Below, one piece after another: positions 55,895 through 63,381 of a stretch of 64,000 bases of DNA. Every line of letters begins with the position of its first letter. The first letter of the stretch is position 1. Made by a program: the position numbers and the translations under genes. Source of the stretch: Iamia sp. (GTDB lineage Bacteria; Actinomycetota; Acidimicrobiia; Acidimicrobiales; Iamiaceae); assembly GCF_035575815.1 (NCBI RefSeq), contig NZ_DATLXO010000120.1, forward strand, positions 4,234 through 68,233. The letters are read 5' to 3'. A model generated the notes under the pieces. It searched no databases. It saw nothing but the letters and a program-made list of their open reading frames with translations, and was not told the DNA's origin.

Positions 55895-56653
55895 CTAGCG
55901 CTGTCCTTCGGGTCGCCAGACCCCTTTGCCGAGGAATCGCTGGGCCATCGCCCACGCCATGCCGGTGGCTCGCTTCTTGGCCGTCGTGGCGTGGGGGCCG
56001 GCCCAGCCGCCGTCGACGGTGTCGTGGAAGATGCGCAGCCACCGGTCGAACAGCTCGGGCGTGAACGGGTCGCGGTCGTGGAGGGGCCGATGGTTCTCGA
56101 TCGTGTCGATGGCGTAGTCGGGGGCGTAGAGCACGACGTGGCACCAGTAGTCGGTGACCGTGCGGATGTGGGCCTGCCAGTCGATGAAGCCGGGCCCGAA
56201 GTTGAAGTAGGGCTGGAGGAGCTCGTCCTGGACGACGTCGACGTACTGCCGCGTCACCATCTCGAAGATCTCCTCGGGCGTGTCCAGATCGCGCCCACGG
56301 TGCTCCCAGGGGCCGAAGCGGCGGCGGGAGTCGACCGCCACCGGTCCCGGGATCATTCCCGCATCGGGCTCACGGTAGAACTGGACGAAGAACGCGGCGT
56401 CGGTCGAGGGCTCGACGTGGTGCTCGACGCCGGGCACGATCACCGCCCGGTCGCCGGGCTCGAGTCGCACATCGCGTGGGCTCTCGCCTTCGAGGTCGAT
56501 GTAGCGCACGCTTCCGGACTGCACGTGGAGCTCCGCCCACACCGTGGTTCGGTGGGACCGGGCGAGGGCGTCGGGCAGCGATCGGAAGTCGAACAGCGGC
56601 GTGCGCCGGGCCTCGACCAACCCGGAGGGGAGCAGCGGCTCGTCTGTCGCCAT
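55895..56653 (-). CDS. fusion of DUF1971 (YeaR/TehB-N-like cupin) and group III truncated haemoglobin
   Basis: 252 aa from ATG 56651-56653. N-terminal part: LPSGLVEARRTPLF....LP..L...H.T..WAELHVQSGSVRY.........V.L.PG...VI.PGVEHHVEPS.DA.F.VQFY. C-terminal part: DTPEEIFEMVTRQY...VQDELLQPYF......IDW..H......YWC.V......Y....H..LH...PF....F.RWL..FHDTVD..W.GP, paralogous to 63382-63795. Confidence 0.8.
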   Translation of the reverse strand: MATDEPLLPSGLVEARRTPLFDFRSLPDALARSHRTTVWAELHVQSGSVRYIDLEGESPRDVRLEPGDRAVIVPGVEHHVEPSTDAAFFVQFYREPDAGMIPGPVAVDSRRRFGPWEHRGRDLDTPEEIFEMVTRQYVDVVQDELLQPYFNFGPGFIDWQAHIRTVTDYWCHVVLYAPDYAIDTIENHRPLHDRDPFTPELFDRWLRIFHDTVDGGWAGPHATTAKKRATGMAWAMAQRFLGKGVWRPEGQR

Positions 56654-57318
56654 CAGAGCGCCGCAGCGGCGACGGCCGGGAACAGCACGTTGTTCTCCTT
56701 GTGGACGTGCAGTCTGGTGTCCCGGTCGATCGCCTCGAGGCCTCGGTAGAAGGCGTCGTAGGAGGCGCAGCCATCGTCGGGGACGGTGAAGTCGCCGGTC
56801 AGGGTGCGGAGCTCGTCGAGCAACGCACCGACGGCCTCGTGCTCGCCCTCGAGGTGGCGGACGTCGTCGGCGACGACCGCCCGGTCCTCGCGGATGGCGG
56901 GGAACAGCGTGGCTTCTTCCTCGTCGAGGTGGGGTTCCAGCTCGGCCCACAGGCGGGCGTAGGTGGCGGTGACCGCACCGAGCTCGGCGTGGCGCTCCCC
57001 ATGGGCGCCGAGCACCTTGCGGGCCAGGCTCGCCATGGTGGGGGCTTCCCGACGGAGGTACGCGTGGTGCGTGACCACGATGTGGTCCACCAGGCCGGCC
57101 GGATCGAGCGTGGCCCACTCCGCTGCGGCTCCGGGACCGACGGTCGCCGCCTCGAGGAGTGCGACGACGCGACCGACGTCGCGACCAGCCTCGGTGCACG
57201 CTTGGGCCAGCGAGCGCTCACCGTGGCAGCAGAAGTCGAGGCCGAGGCCTTCGAGGACCATGACCCGGCCGGGATCCGCGGTGACGAGGTCACCGAGGGA
57301 GGTGTTGGCGTCGATCAT
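56653..57318 (-). CDS. ytfE: iron-sulfur cluster repair di-iron protein (RIC, YtfE/ScdA family)
   Basis: 221 aa from ATG 57316-57318. ScdA_N motif GLDFCCHGERSLAQAC, then hemerythrin-like HH.YLR.E, H.ELG, HLDEEEATLFPAI, EHE.VG, LHVHKENNVLFP. The stop overlaps the next start by 1 nt. Confidence 0.9.
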   Translation of the reverse strand: MIDANTSLGDLVTADPGRVMVLEGLGLDFCCHGERSLAQACTEAGRDVGRVVALLEAATVGPGAAAEWATLDPAGLVDHIVVTHHAYLRREAPTMASLARKVLGAHGERHAELGAVTATYARLWAELEPHLDEEEATLFPAIREDRAVVADDVRHLEGEHEAVGALLDELRTLTGDFTVPDDGCASYDAFYRGLEAIDRDTRLHVHKENNVLFPAVAAAAL

Positions 57319-57323
57319 GGGTC

Positions 57324-57559
57324 TCACCGTTGTTCTGGTTGTCGGAAGATCCATTGTGCCCCGCCGGTCAGTCGACGCGGCAGGGCTGAAGGTCCCTGAT
57401 CCTCGTGGGAGCCACCGCTCCATCTCCTCGTCGACCGAACTGCGGGTTGTGGCGACTGCCGGGAAAGGACCGGACGTCGATGACGCCGCGGATCTGCCCG
57501 CCGTCGAGCAGGGTGGCGAGCTCCTCGGCGGGCAGGGTGCCGTGGCCGATCGTGTCCAC
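57324..57559 (-). pseudogene. DUF488-family gene remnant (truncated, frameshifted)
   Basis: VDTIGHGTLPAEELATLLDGGQIRGVIDVRSFPGSRHNPQF matches the DUF488 N-terminus. The expected continuation (..DEEMERWLP..) is in another frame, and the gene is cut off by the ytfE start. Confidence 0.5.
57382..57400. promoter_or_regulatory. DosR-box-like site, near-identical copy of 63218-63236
   Basis: Plus strand agggCTgaaggtccctgat; 17/19 identical to agggTCgaaggtccctgat at 63218-63236. Core GGGCTGAAGGTCCC. It lies about 65-80 nt upstream of the ytfE start, on the operon strand. Confidence 0.45.
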
Positions 57560-57668
57560 GACGACCGGCGCCGCTGGTCCAGCCCGCCGCCGGCGCGGTC
57601 ACCGCCACGGCGCCGCGGGAGGCGAGCGGCGCGGTGAGGGCCCCGTGGCGAGCCGGTGAGGCGAACCT

Positions 57669-58277
57669 CTACGCGGCGGGTGCCCAGCGTGGGTAGGGCA
57701 CGCCGGCGAGGCGGTTGATGGCCAGGGCCTGCACCGTCAGTAGGCCGACCGCCAGCATCAGGACCACGAGGTGGGCGGGATCGGTGAGGATGCCGAGCGA
57801 GATGATCATGGTGGTGGCGCCGGCGGGCGGGTGCGGGACGCGCAGCCACACCATGGCGCCGCTGGTGAGACCGAGGCTGAGGGCGGCGGCGCCGACTCGG
57901 GCGCCGTCGATGCCGGTGGTCAGGGCCGGCCCGGCGTCGATCAGGCCGAACAGGTGGAGGCTGATCACGCCGGCGGCGACGCCCACGGCATGGCCGCAGA
58001 GGGTGTTGCGGGGGCAGGCGGCGGGGGCCATGGGCGTGTAGAAGTGCAGGAAGGCGGTGGGCCCGAGGCTGGGGAACACGAACGGCGAGCCGGTGGCGAG
58101 CGCGCCGAGGCTCATGACGCCGATGGCGACGCAGCCGTTCACGAAGGCGAAGGCACCCATCACGGTGATCGAGTCGTGGCGCTCGGTGAGCGAGGTCAGG
58201 CGGAACCTGCGGGCCAGGCCGCCGACGATGGCCACCATCTCGCCGCCCAAGCGCCCCTTCGGGACGGGCGGGGTCAC
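57669..58277 (-). CDS. HPP-family membrane protein (nitrite-transporter-like)
   Basis: Signature HPPAGAT and 5-6 hydrophobic helices (FVFPSLGPTAFL..., GHAVGVAAGV...). The GTG at 58275-58277 overlaps the upstream stop (GTGA). An alternative ATG is at 58238. Confidence 0.85.
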   Translation of the reverse strand: MTPPVPKGRLGGEMVAIVGGLARRFRLTSLTERHDSITVMGAFAFVNGCVAIGVMSLGALATGSPFVFPSLGPTAFLHFYTPMAPAACPRNTLCGHAVGVAAGVISLHLFGLIDAGPALTTGIDGARVGAAALSLGLTSGAMVWLRVPHPPAGATTMIISLGILTDPAHLVVLMLAVGLLTVQALAINRLAGVPYPRWAPAA

Positions 58278-58609
58278 GGTTGGTGACGTTCCTCCACCGG
58301 TCGCGACACGTAACCATGGACCTCGGCGCTCTCCTCGTCGTGGAGGCGCCGGGCCCGGGGCGGCGGCTCGACCCGAGTCACGACGAGGACCACCGCGAAG
58401 GAGACGAGGGAGAAGCCGGCGAGCAGCCACGCCTCGCCGTCGTGGTCGAGCAACGACGCCTCCAGCGCGACGGTGATGGCGAAGAGCTGACCGAGGACGA
58501 CGGTGGCGACGATGACGATGCGCGTCACCAACGCCGTCCGGGCGCCCGCCTCGGTGTCCTGGGCGGGAGCGTTCGGCAGGGCCCGCACCGGCCGCGGTCG
58601 AACAGCCAC
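58274..58609 (-). CDS. 111-aa two-TM protein of the molybdoenzyme operon
   Basis: ALVTRIVIVATVVLGQLFAITVAL and AWLLAGFSLVSFAVVLVVT. The GTG start overlaps the Rieske TAG stop by 1 nt, and its stop overlaps the HPP start. No family recognised. Confidence 0.5.
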   Translation of the reverse strand: MAVRPRPVRALPNAPAQDTEAGARTALVTRIVIVATVVLGQLFAITVALEASLLDHDGEAWLLAGFSLVSFAVVLVVTRVEPPPRARRLHDEESAEVHGYVSRPVEERHQP

Positions 58610-59133
58610 TAGTCCTCGCCCTCTCGGACCCGGCCCTCGCCGATCGCCACGATCGTCTCGCCGCGCCGCTCGAGCACGATCTCGGGGAGCGGGCGCTGGG
58701 GCGGCCCCGCGGTGGGCGAGCCGTCGATCGGGTCGAAGTGCCCGTCGTGGCAGGGGCAGAACAGGTCCCGGTCATCCGCCACCCAGAGGACCTCGCAGGC
58801 GAGGTGGGTGCACACCGCGGAGTAGGCGACGAAGAGGTCGTCCTCCAGGCGGAGGAGCACGGCGGGGTCGTTGTCGGTGGGGTAGGAGAAGCGCAGCTCA
58901 CCTCCGACGGGGATGGCCGCCAGGTCGGTGGTGATCAGCTGCTCCTGGTCGGCTCCCTCGGTGCGACGCTCGAAGGCGCCCAGGGCCACCGCCACGTTGC
59001 CGACGGCGAGACCTCCCGAGAGCACCCCGAGGATCTTGAGGTAGCCGCGACGGGTGACGAGGGCGTCGGTGGTGAGGCGACCGACGCGTTCGGAGACGAG
59101 GTCGGCATCGGGCGGGTGGGTGCGATCGGTCAC
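58609..59133 (-). CDS. membrane-anchored Rieske [2Fe-2S] protein with twin-arginine motif
   Basis: 174 aa from GTG 59131-59133 (GTGA overlap). TRRGYLKILGVLSGGLAVGNVAVALGAF is a Tat-like S/T-R-R-x-F-L-K motif plus helix. Cluster boxes CTHLAC and CPCHDGHF. Confidence 0.9.
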   Translation of the reverse strand: MTDRTHPPDADLVSERVGRLTTDALVTRRGYLKILGVLSGGLAVGNVAVALGAFERRTEGADQEQLITTDLAAIPVGGELRFSYPTDNDPAVLLRLEDDLFVAYSAVCTHLACEVLWVADDRDLFCPCHDGHFDPIDGSPTAGPPQRPLPEIVLERRGETIVAIGEGRVREGED

Positions 59134-59702
59134 GGGCCGACCAGGGGGAAGGTCACCAGCGAGAACTCTTCGGGGACGACCATCCAGTTGCCGCTCTGCA
59201 GCTCCTGGGCGCCGAAGCTGAAGATGTCGACGACCGCACGGCGGGGCCGTGAGTCCCGGACCTCTGACGCGGTGCCGTAGTAGAGGGCGTCGGATGGGCA
59301 CACCGTCGCGCACATCGGCCCCAGCCCGACCGATGTGCGGTCGTAGCAGAGGTTGCACTTGTAGACGAGCTGCTCCTCGACATCGAACTTGGGCACGCCC
59401 CACGGGCATCCGTGCACGCAGTTCTGGCAGCCGATGCAGCGCGACGGGTCCGGTGAGTGCACGACGCCGTCCTCGCTCACCAAGATGGCGTCCACCGGGC
59501 ACACCTGGGCGCACGGGGCCACCGGGTCGACGCAGTGCATGCACACCGTGGGGAGCGCCTCGGTGGACTCGGACCGGTTCAGGAAGTCGAGGTTCATCAT
59601 CGATTTGCCGCGATGGGTGTCGCACTCGCGGCAGGCGGCGACGCACGCGCCGCAGCCGATGCAGCGCGACGGGTCGACGAAGATGGATCGCTCCATGGTC
59701 AT
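59130..59702 (-). CDS. four-cluster 4Fe-4S ferredoxin-type subunit (DmsB/NrfC/PsrB-like)
   Basis: CIGCGACVAACRECD, CMHCVDPVAPCAQVCP, CIGCQNCVHGCP, CNLCYDR...CATVCP. 190 aa, no signal peptide. ATGA overlap with the MopB stop. Confidence 0.9.
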   Translation of the reverse strand: MTMERSIFVDPSRCIGCGACVAACRECDTHRGKSMMNLDFLNRSESTEALPTVCMHCVDPVAPCAQVCPVDAILVSEDGVVHSPDPSRCIGCQNCVHGCPWGVPKFDVEEQLVYKCNLCYDRTSVGLGPMCATVCPSDALYYGTASEVRDSRPRRAVVDIFSFGAQELQSGNWMVVPEEFSLVTFPLVGP

Positions 59703-61933
59703 GGGTCAGCATCCTTCCAGACAGGTGGTGGGGTCACCGGCCAGGCCGGCTCGTCGGTCGGTTCGATGCGCACGGCCGCGGTCTTGAACGCGGGGATCCA
59801 GCTGATGGGGTCGAACGACGCCTTGGTCAGCTGGTTGGCCGCCACCGGCTCACCCCAGTGGTAGGGGATGAACACGGTGTCGTGTCGGATCGTTCGCACG
59901 ACCAGAGCCGGCAGGGTCGTCGTGCCCCGGCGGCTCGTGACGCGCACCGGGGCGCCGTCGACGATGCCGTGCGCAGCGGCGGTGTTCGGGTGGATCTCGA
60001 TCCACGGCGCCGGTGTCTGGTCGTTCAGGTAGCCGAGCCGGCGGGTCTGGTTGCCCGACAGGTACTGGGCGACGTTGCGCCCGGTCGTGAGGCGGATCGG
60101 GTACTCGTCGTCGGGCTCCTCGGCCGGAGGGTCGACCTCGACCGCGTTGAAGTGCGCCTTGCCGTCGGGCGTGGAGAAGCGGAGGTCCTCGAACAGGCGC
60201 GGGGTGCCGGGGTGGTCCTCGGTCGGGCACGGCCACGCGATGGGCCCCTCCGCCTCCAGGCGCTCGTAGGTGATGCCGGCGTAGTCGGCGCGGCCACCGG
60301 CCGAGGCGCGGCGCAGCTCGTCGAAGACTTCGCGGGCGCTCTGGTGCGCGAAGTGCTCACCGCGCCCGAGGCGGTGGGCGATCTCGGTGAGGATCCACAT
60401 GTCGGGCTTGGCCTCGCCCGGCGGGTCGACGGCCTTGTTGATCTTGCAGACCAGCGCGTCGCTGTTGGCCACCACCCCTTCGGTCTCGGCCCAGGCCGAG
60501 CCGGGCAGCACCACGTCGGCCAGCAGCGCTGTCTCGGAGAGGAAGATGTCGATCACCACGAACAGGTCGAGGCCCTCGAGGATGCGCCGGGTGCGGGCCT
60601 GGTCGGGCCAGGACACCATGGGGTTGGAGCAGATGTTGATGAGGCCCCGGATCTCCCCGGCCTCCATGCGTTCGAGCTGGGCGAAGATCGGCTCGCCCGG
60701 TCCGGGCATGTCGGCGGGGTCGATGCCCCACACTGCGGCGACGTGCTCGATGGCGCCGGGGTCGGTGAAGTGGCGCATGCCCGGAAGCTGGTCGCACTTC
60801 TGGCCGTGCTCCCGACCGCCCTGGCCGTTGCCCTGGCCGGTGATCGTGCCGTAGCCGGCGCCGGGACGTCCGATGTTGCCGGTGGCGAGGCAGAGGTTGA
60901 TGGCGGCCATCGCGTTGCGTGACCCCATCACCTGGTGCTCGAGCCCGCGGGCGTGGCTGAGCATTGCCTTGTCGGCCGAGCCGAACAGCTCCGCGGCGCG
61001 GATGATGTCGGCGGCGGGGACGCCGCAGCGCTCGGCGGCCCGCTCTGGTGTCCACGCCTGAACGGCCGTCGCCGCCTCGTCGAAGCCGGTGGTGTGTCCG
61101 GCGATGAAGCTCTCGTCGACCATCCCCTCACGGATGACGACGTGGAGCATGGCGTTGAGCAGCGCCCCGTCGGTCCCCGGCCGGATCGGCAGGTGCAGCT
61201 GCGCCACCCGGGCCAGCGATGTCTCGCGGGGGTCGACGCAGATCATCGTCGCCCCCCGATCCATCGCCTCCCAGAACCAGCGGATGTAGATGGGGAAGGT
61301 CTCGGGCACGTTGGCTCCGACGACGAGCAGCACGTCGGCCAGGGCGACGTCGGTGATCGGGTTGGCGGTGCGGTCGATGCCGAAGGACCGGTAGTTCGCG
61401 GCCCCCGCCGAGACCATGCACATCCGACCGTTGTAATCAGTGAACCGGGTGCCGAGGCCGACGCGGGCGAACTTGCCGAGCAGGTACGTCTTCTCGCTGA
61501 CCATCGACGCGCCGCCGTAGGTGGCCATCGCATCAGCGCCCCCGGCCGCCTGGACGCGGCGAACGCCGTCGACCACACGGTCGAGCGCTTCGTCCCAGGT
61601 GGCCCGGCGCAGCCCGTCCGCGTCGCGCACCAACGGGTGCATGAGCCGGTCGGGGTGGCTGATCTGCTGGTATGCGGCGACACCCTTCGGGCAGAGCTTG
61701 CCCCGGTTCTGGGTGTCCATCCGGGGCTCGACGCCGATCACCTCCTTACCGACCACCCGCAGGTGCATCCCGCACTGCACGCCGCAGAACGCGCAGTGCG
61801 TCGACACCCAGCGCTCGTCCGCCTTGTCGGTCTCCCAGTCGCCGGCCGCATCGCCACCAGCGTCGTGGAGGTCGTCGACCCCGGGCGGGGTCGAGAGCCG
61901 GAAGGCCTGGCGCAGGCGAAGCGAGCGCGTCAT
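59699..61933 (-). CDS. molybdopterin oxidoreductase catalytic subunit, Nas/NarB/Nap-type (probable nitrate reductase)
   Basis: 744 aa from ATG 61931-61933 (ATGA overlap with the cyt b stop). FS0 motif HCAFCGVQCG...GKLCPKG. NGRMCMVSAGAANYRSFG matches the Cys-Mo ligand context of Nap/Nas (R.CM.SA). TITGQGNGQGGREHGQK. No Tat motif or h-region. The 1120-aa ORF-track version reads on through the upstream gene out of frame. Confidence 0.88.
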   Translation of the reverse strand: MTRSLRLRQAFRLSTPPGVDDLHDAGGDAAGDWETDKADERWVSTHCAFCGVQCGMHLRVVGKEVIGVEPRMDTQNRGKLCPKGVAAYQQISHPDRLMHPLVRDADGLRRATWDEALDRVVDGVRRVQAAGGADAMATYGGASMVSEKTYLLGKFARVGLGTRFTDYNGRMCMVSAGAANYRSFGIDRTANPITDVALADVLLVVGANVPETFPIYIRWFWEAMDRGATMICVDPRETSLARVAQLHLPIRPGTDGALLNAMLHVVIREGMVDESFIAGHTTGFDEAATAVQAWTPERAAERCGVPAADIIRAAELFGSADKAMLSHARGLEHQVMGSRNAMAAINLCLATGNIGRPGAGYGTITGQGNGQGGREHGQKCDQLPGMRHFTDPGAIEHVAAVWGIDPADMPGPGEPIFAQLERMEAGEIRGLINICSNPMVSWPDQARTRRILEGLDLFVVIDIFLSETALLADVVLPGSAWAETEGVVANSDALVCKINKAVDPPGEAKPDMWILTEIAHRLGRGEHFAHQSAREVFDELRRASAGGRADYAGITYERLEAEGPIAWPCPTEDHPGTPRLFEDLRFSTPDGKAHFNAVEVDPPAEEPDDEYPIRLTTGRNVAQYLSGNQTRRLGYLNDQTPAPWIEIHPNTAAAHGIVDGAPVRVTSRRGTTTLPALVVRTIRHDTVFIPYHWGEPVAANQLTKASFDPISWIPAFKTAAVRIEPTDEPAWPVTPPPVWKDADP

Positions 61934-63012
61934 TTGGCGAAGCTCGATCCGTTGCGGTCGAAGTACCCGCCCGCCCGGGCGACCCGCTTGCAGCGCGGGC
62001 AGAGCTCGGTGAGGTGCGAGGCGGGCTGGGTGGTGGGGTCGAGTCGGTAGTCCTGGCCGAGCTCGGCGAGCGTCGCCTGCAGGTCGTGCACGAACACCTC
62101 CGGGGCCAACGGCTCGCCGCAGCGGGCGCAGGGCTGTCGACCCGCCCGGCTGTTGACCTCGGCGTACATCTGGATGCCGACCGAGGCGGGGCGCTGGACC
62201 ACGTGGAAGAACTTGCCGAAGGGGATGAACACCAACGACAGCACCACCGCCGCCATGTGGATGACCACGAGGAAGTCGTAGTAGGACCCCTCGAACAGGC
62301 TGGCCGAGGCGGTGAGCAACAAGCCGGTGACCGCGATCACGACCAACATCAGCAACGGCACCATGTCGTAGCCGAAGCTCTGGCCCGCGATCACGGCGCG
62401 ATCCCGGAACCGTCGCCACAGGAAGATGGCGCACCCGACGAGCACGAGCACGGCGGTGTAGTCGAGGGCGTGGAACATCGACCAACCGAAGAACGACGTG
62501 GCGTCGAAGGTGATCGTGCCCATCCCGAACACGAAGGTCCGGTACGTCTCCTCGGTGCCCGGCTCCAGCTTGAACGCCAGCCACCCGAAGACGAGCGGGA
62601 ACGTGATCAGCGTCGCCCCGATCACGCCCCAGAACAGGCACTGGTGGGCGATCCACCGCAGCACGCCGCGGCGACGGATGAACCCCTGGGCCAGGAGCTG
62701 TCCCGCCACCGCACGGGGCAACAGGGCGGGCAGCGCCCGGAAGCTGTCCCACGACCCCGCCAGCTGCCAGCCCCGTCGCCAGTACCGCCGGGTGGACGGC
62801 ATGTGGAGCCAGCGGGCGTAGCGGGCCACGATGGCATACGTCAGGGCGACGATGCCGACGGCGTAGCCGATGAGCGCCGAGTCGAAGTTCGCCAGGCCGC
62901 TCGAGCCGGCCCAGATCAGGCCGAGCAGCACGAGGGCGGCGACGCCGCCGACCACGCGCTCCCCGCCTCGCCTCGGGCGGGAGGTGGGTGTCGGCGATGT
63001 GTCGGAAGGCAT
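61930..63012 (-). CDS. six-TM NarI/DsrM/HdrE-like putative dihaem cytochrome b with Cys-rich C-terminal tail
   Basis: From ATG 63010-63012 (MPSDTSPTP). His residues in or at helices (IAHQCLFWG, SMFHALDY, VVIHMAAV, FIPFGKFFHVV, the last like the PF(S/T)(R/K)L.H of NarI-type subunits). C-terminal CARCGEP...LCPRCKR. The family call is from memory of motifs. Confidence 0.7.
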   Translation of the reverse strand: MPSDTSPTPTSRPRRGGERVVGGVAALVLLGLIWAGSSGLANFDSALIGYAVGIVALTYAIVARYARWLHMPSTRRYWRRGWQLAGSWDSFRALPALLPRAVAGQLLAQGFIRRRGVLRWIAHQCLFWGVIGATLITFPLVFGWLAFKLEPGTEETYRTFVFGMGTITFDATSFFGWSMFHALDYTAVLVLVGCAIFLWRRFRDRAVIAGQSFGYDMVPLLMLVVIAVTGLLLTASASLFEGSYYDFLVVIHMAAVVLSLVFIPFGKFFHVVQRPASVGIQMYAEVNSRAGRQPCARCGEPLAPEVFVHDLQATLAELGQDYRLDPTTQPASHLTELCPRCKRVARAGGYFDRNGSSFAK

Positions 63013-63217
63013 CACGATCCAGGCTGGCCGACGACGGGGTCCGCGGCGTCGCCTCCACCATCGCGCATCACAGAGAACCACGCCTGTCGACGGGCAGCTC
63101 GGGGAGGCGGATCCGCCGACCGGGCATGCTCGCCGGCGGGAGCCGGGCGTCTTCGTGCTCGTCGCCCACGCTCCCGGACATGCCGCGAATGGTGGTCCGG
63201 ACGGAAGAAGGCTCGAA

Positions 63218-63236
63218 AGGGTCGAAGGTCCCTGAT
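63218..63236. promoter_or_regulatory. DosR-box-like site in the divergent promoter region of the Mo operon and trHb gene
   Basis: agggtcgaaggtccctgat with core GGGTCGAAGGTCCC. It lies about 205-225 nt upstream of the cyt b start and about 150 nt upstream of the trHb start. A GTCCGGAC palindrome is at 63195-63202. Confidence 0.4.
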
Positions 63237-63381
63237 GTCTCCGCCCTTTGCCCCTACCGGCCGCCGACGGCCGGCGAGATGATCGAGGGATGACGACGCC
63301 CCGCAGACCAAGGGCGGCCGAGGATTATCACTGTCGCCACTCCAGGCCCCTGCGCTGTGGCTCGAGCGACCGGAGGACCGC

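Noticed and set aside
59699-61933. Catalytic subunit as formate dehydrogenase, or as Tat-exported DMSO/polysulfide/tetrathionate reductase
   Set aside because: The Mo-ligand context is R-M-C-M-x-S-A (Nap/Nas type), not the C/U-H of FDH. There is no twin-arginine signal, unlike Dms/Psr/Ttr/Phs catalytic subunits. This is a motif-level argument only.
59699-63061. 1120-aa ORF as a single giant molybdoenzyme
   Set aside because: The N-terminal ~376 aa are R/P/G/A junk produced by reading the cytochrome b gene out of frame. The real start is the ATG at 61933, which overlaps the upstream stop (ATGA) and precedes the FS0 Cys motif by a normal distance.
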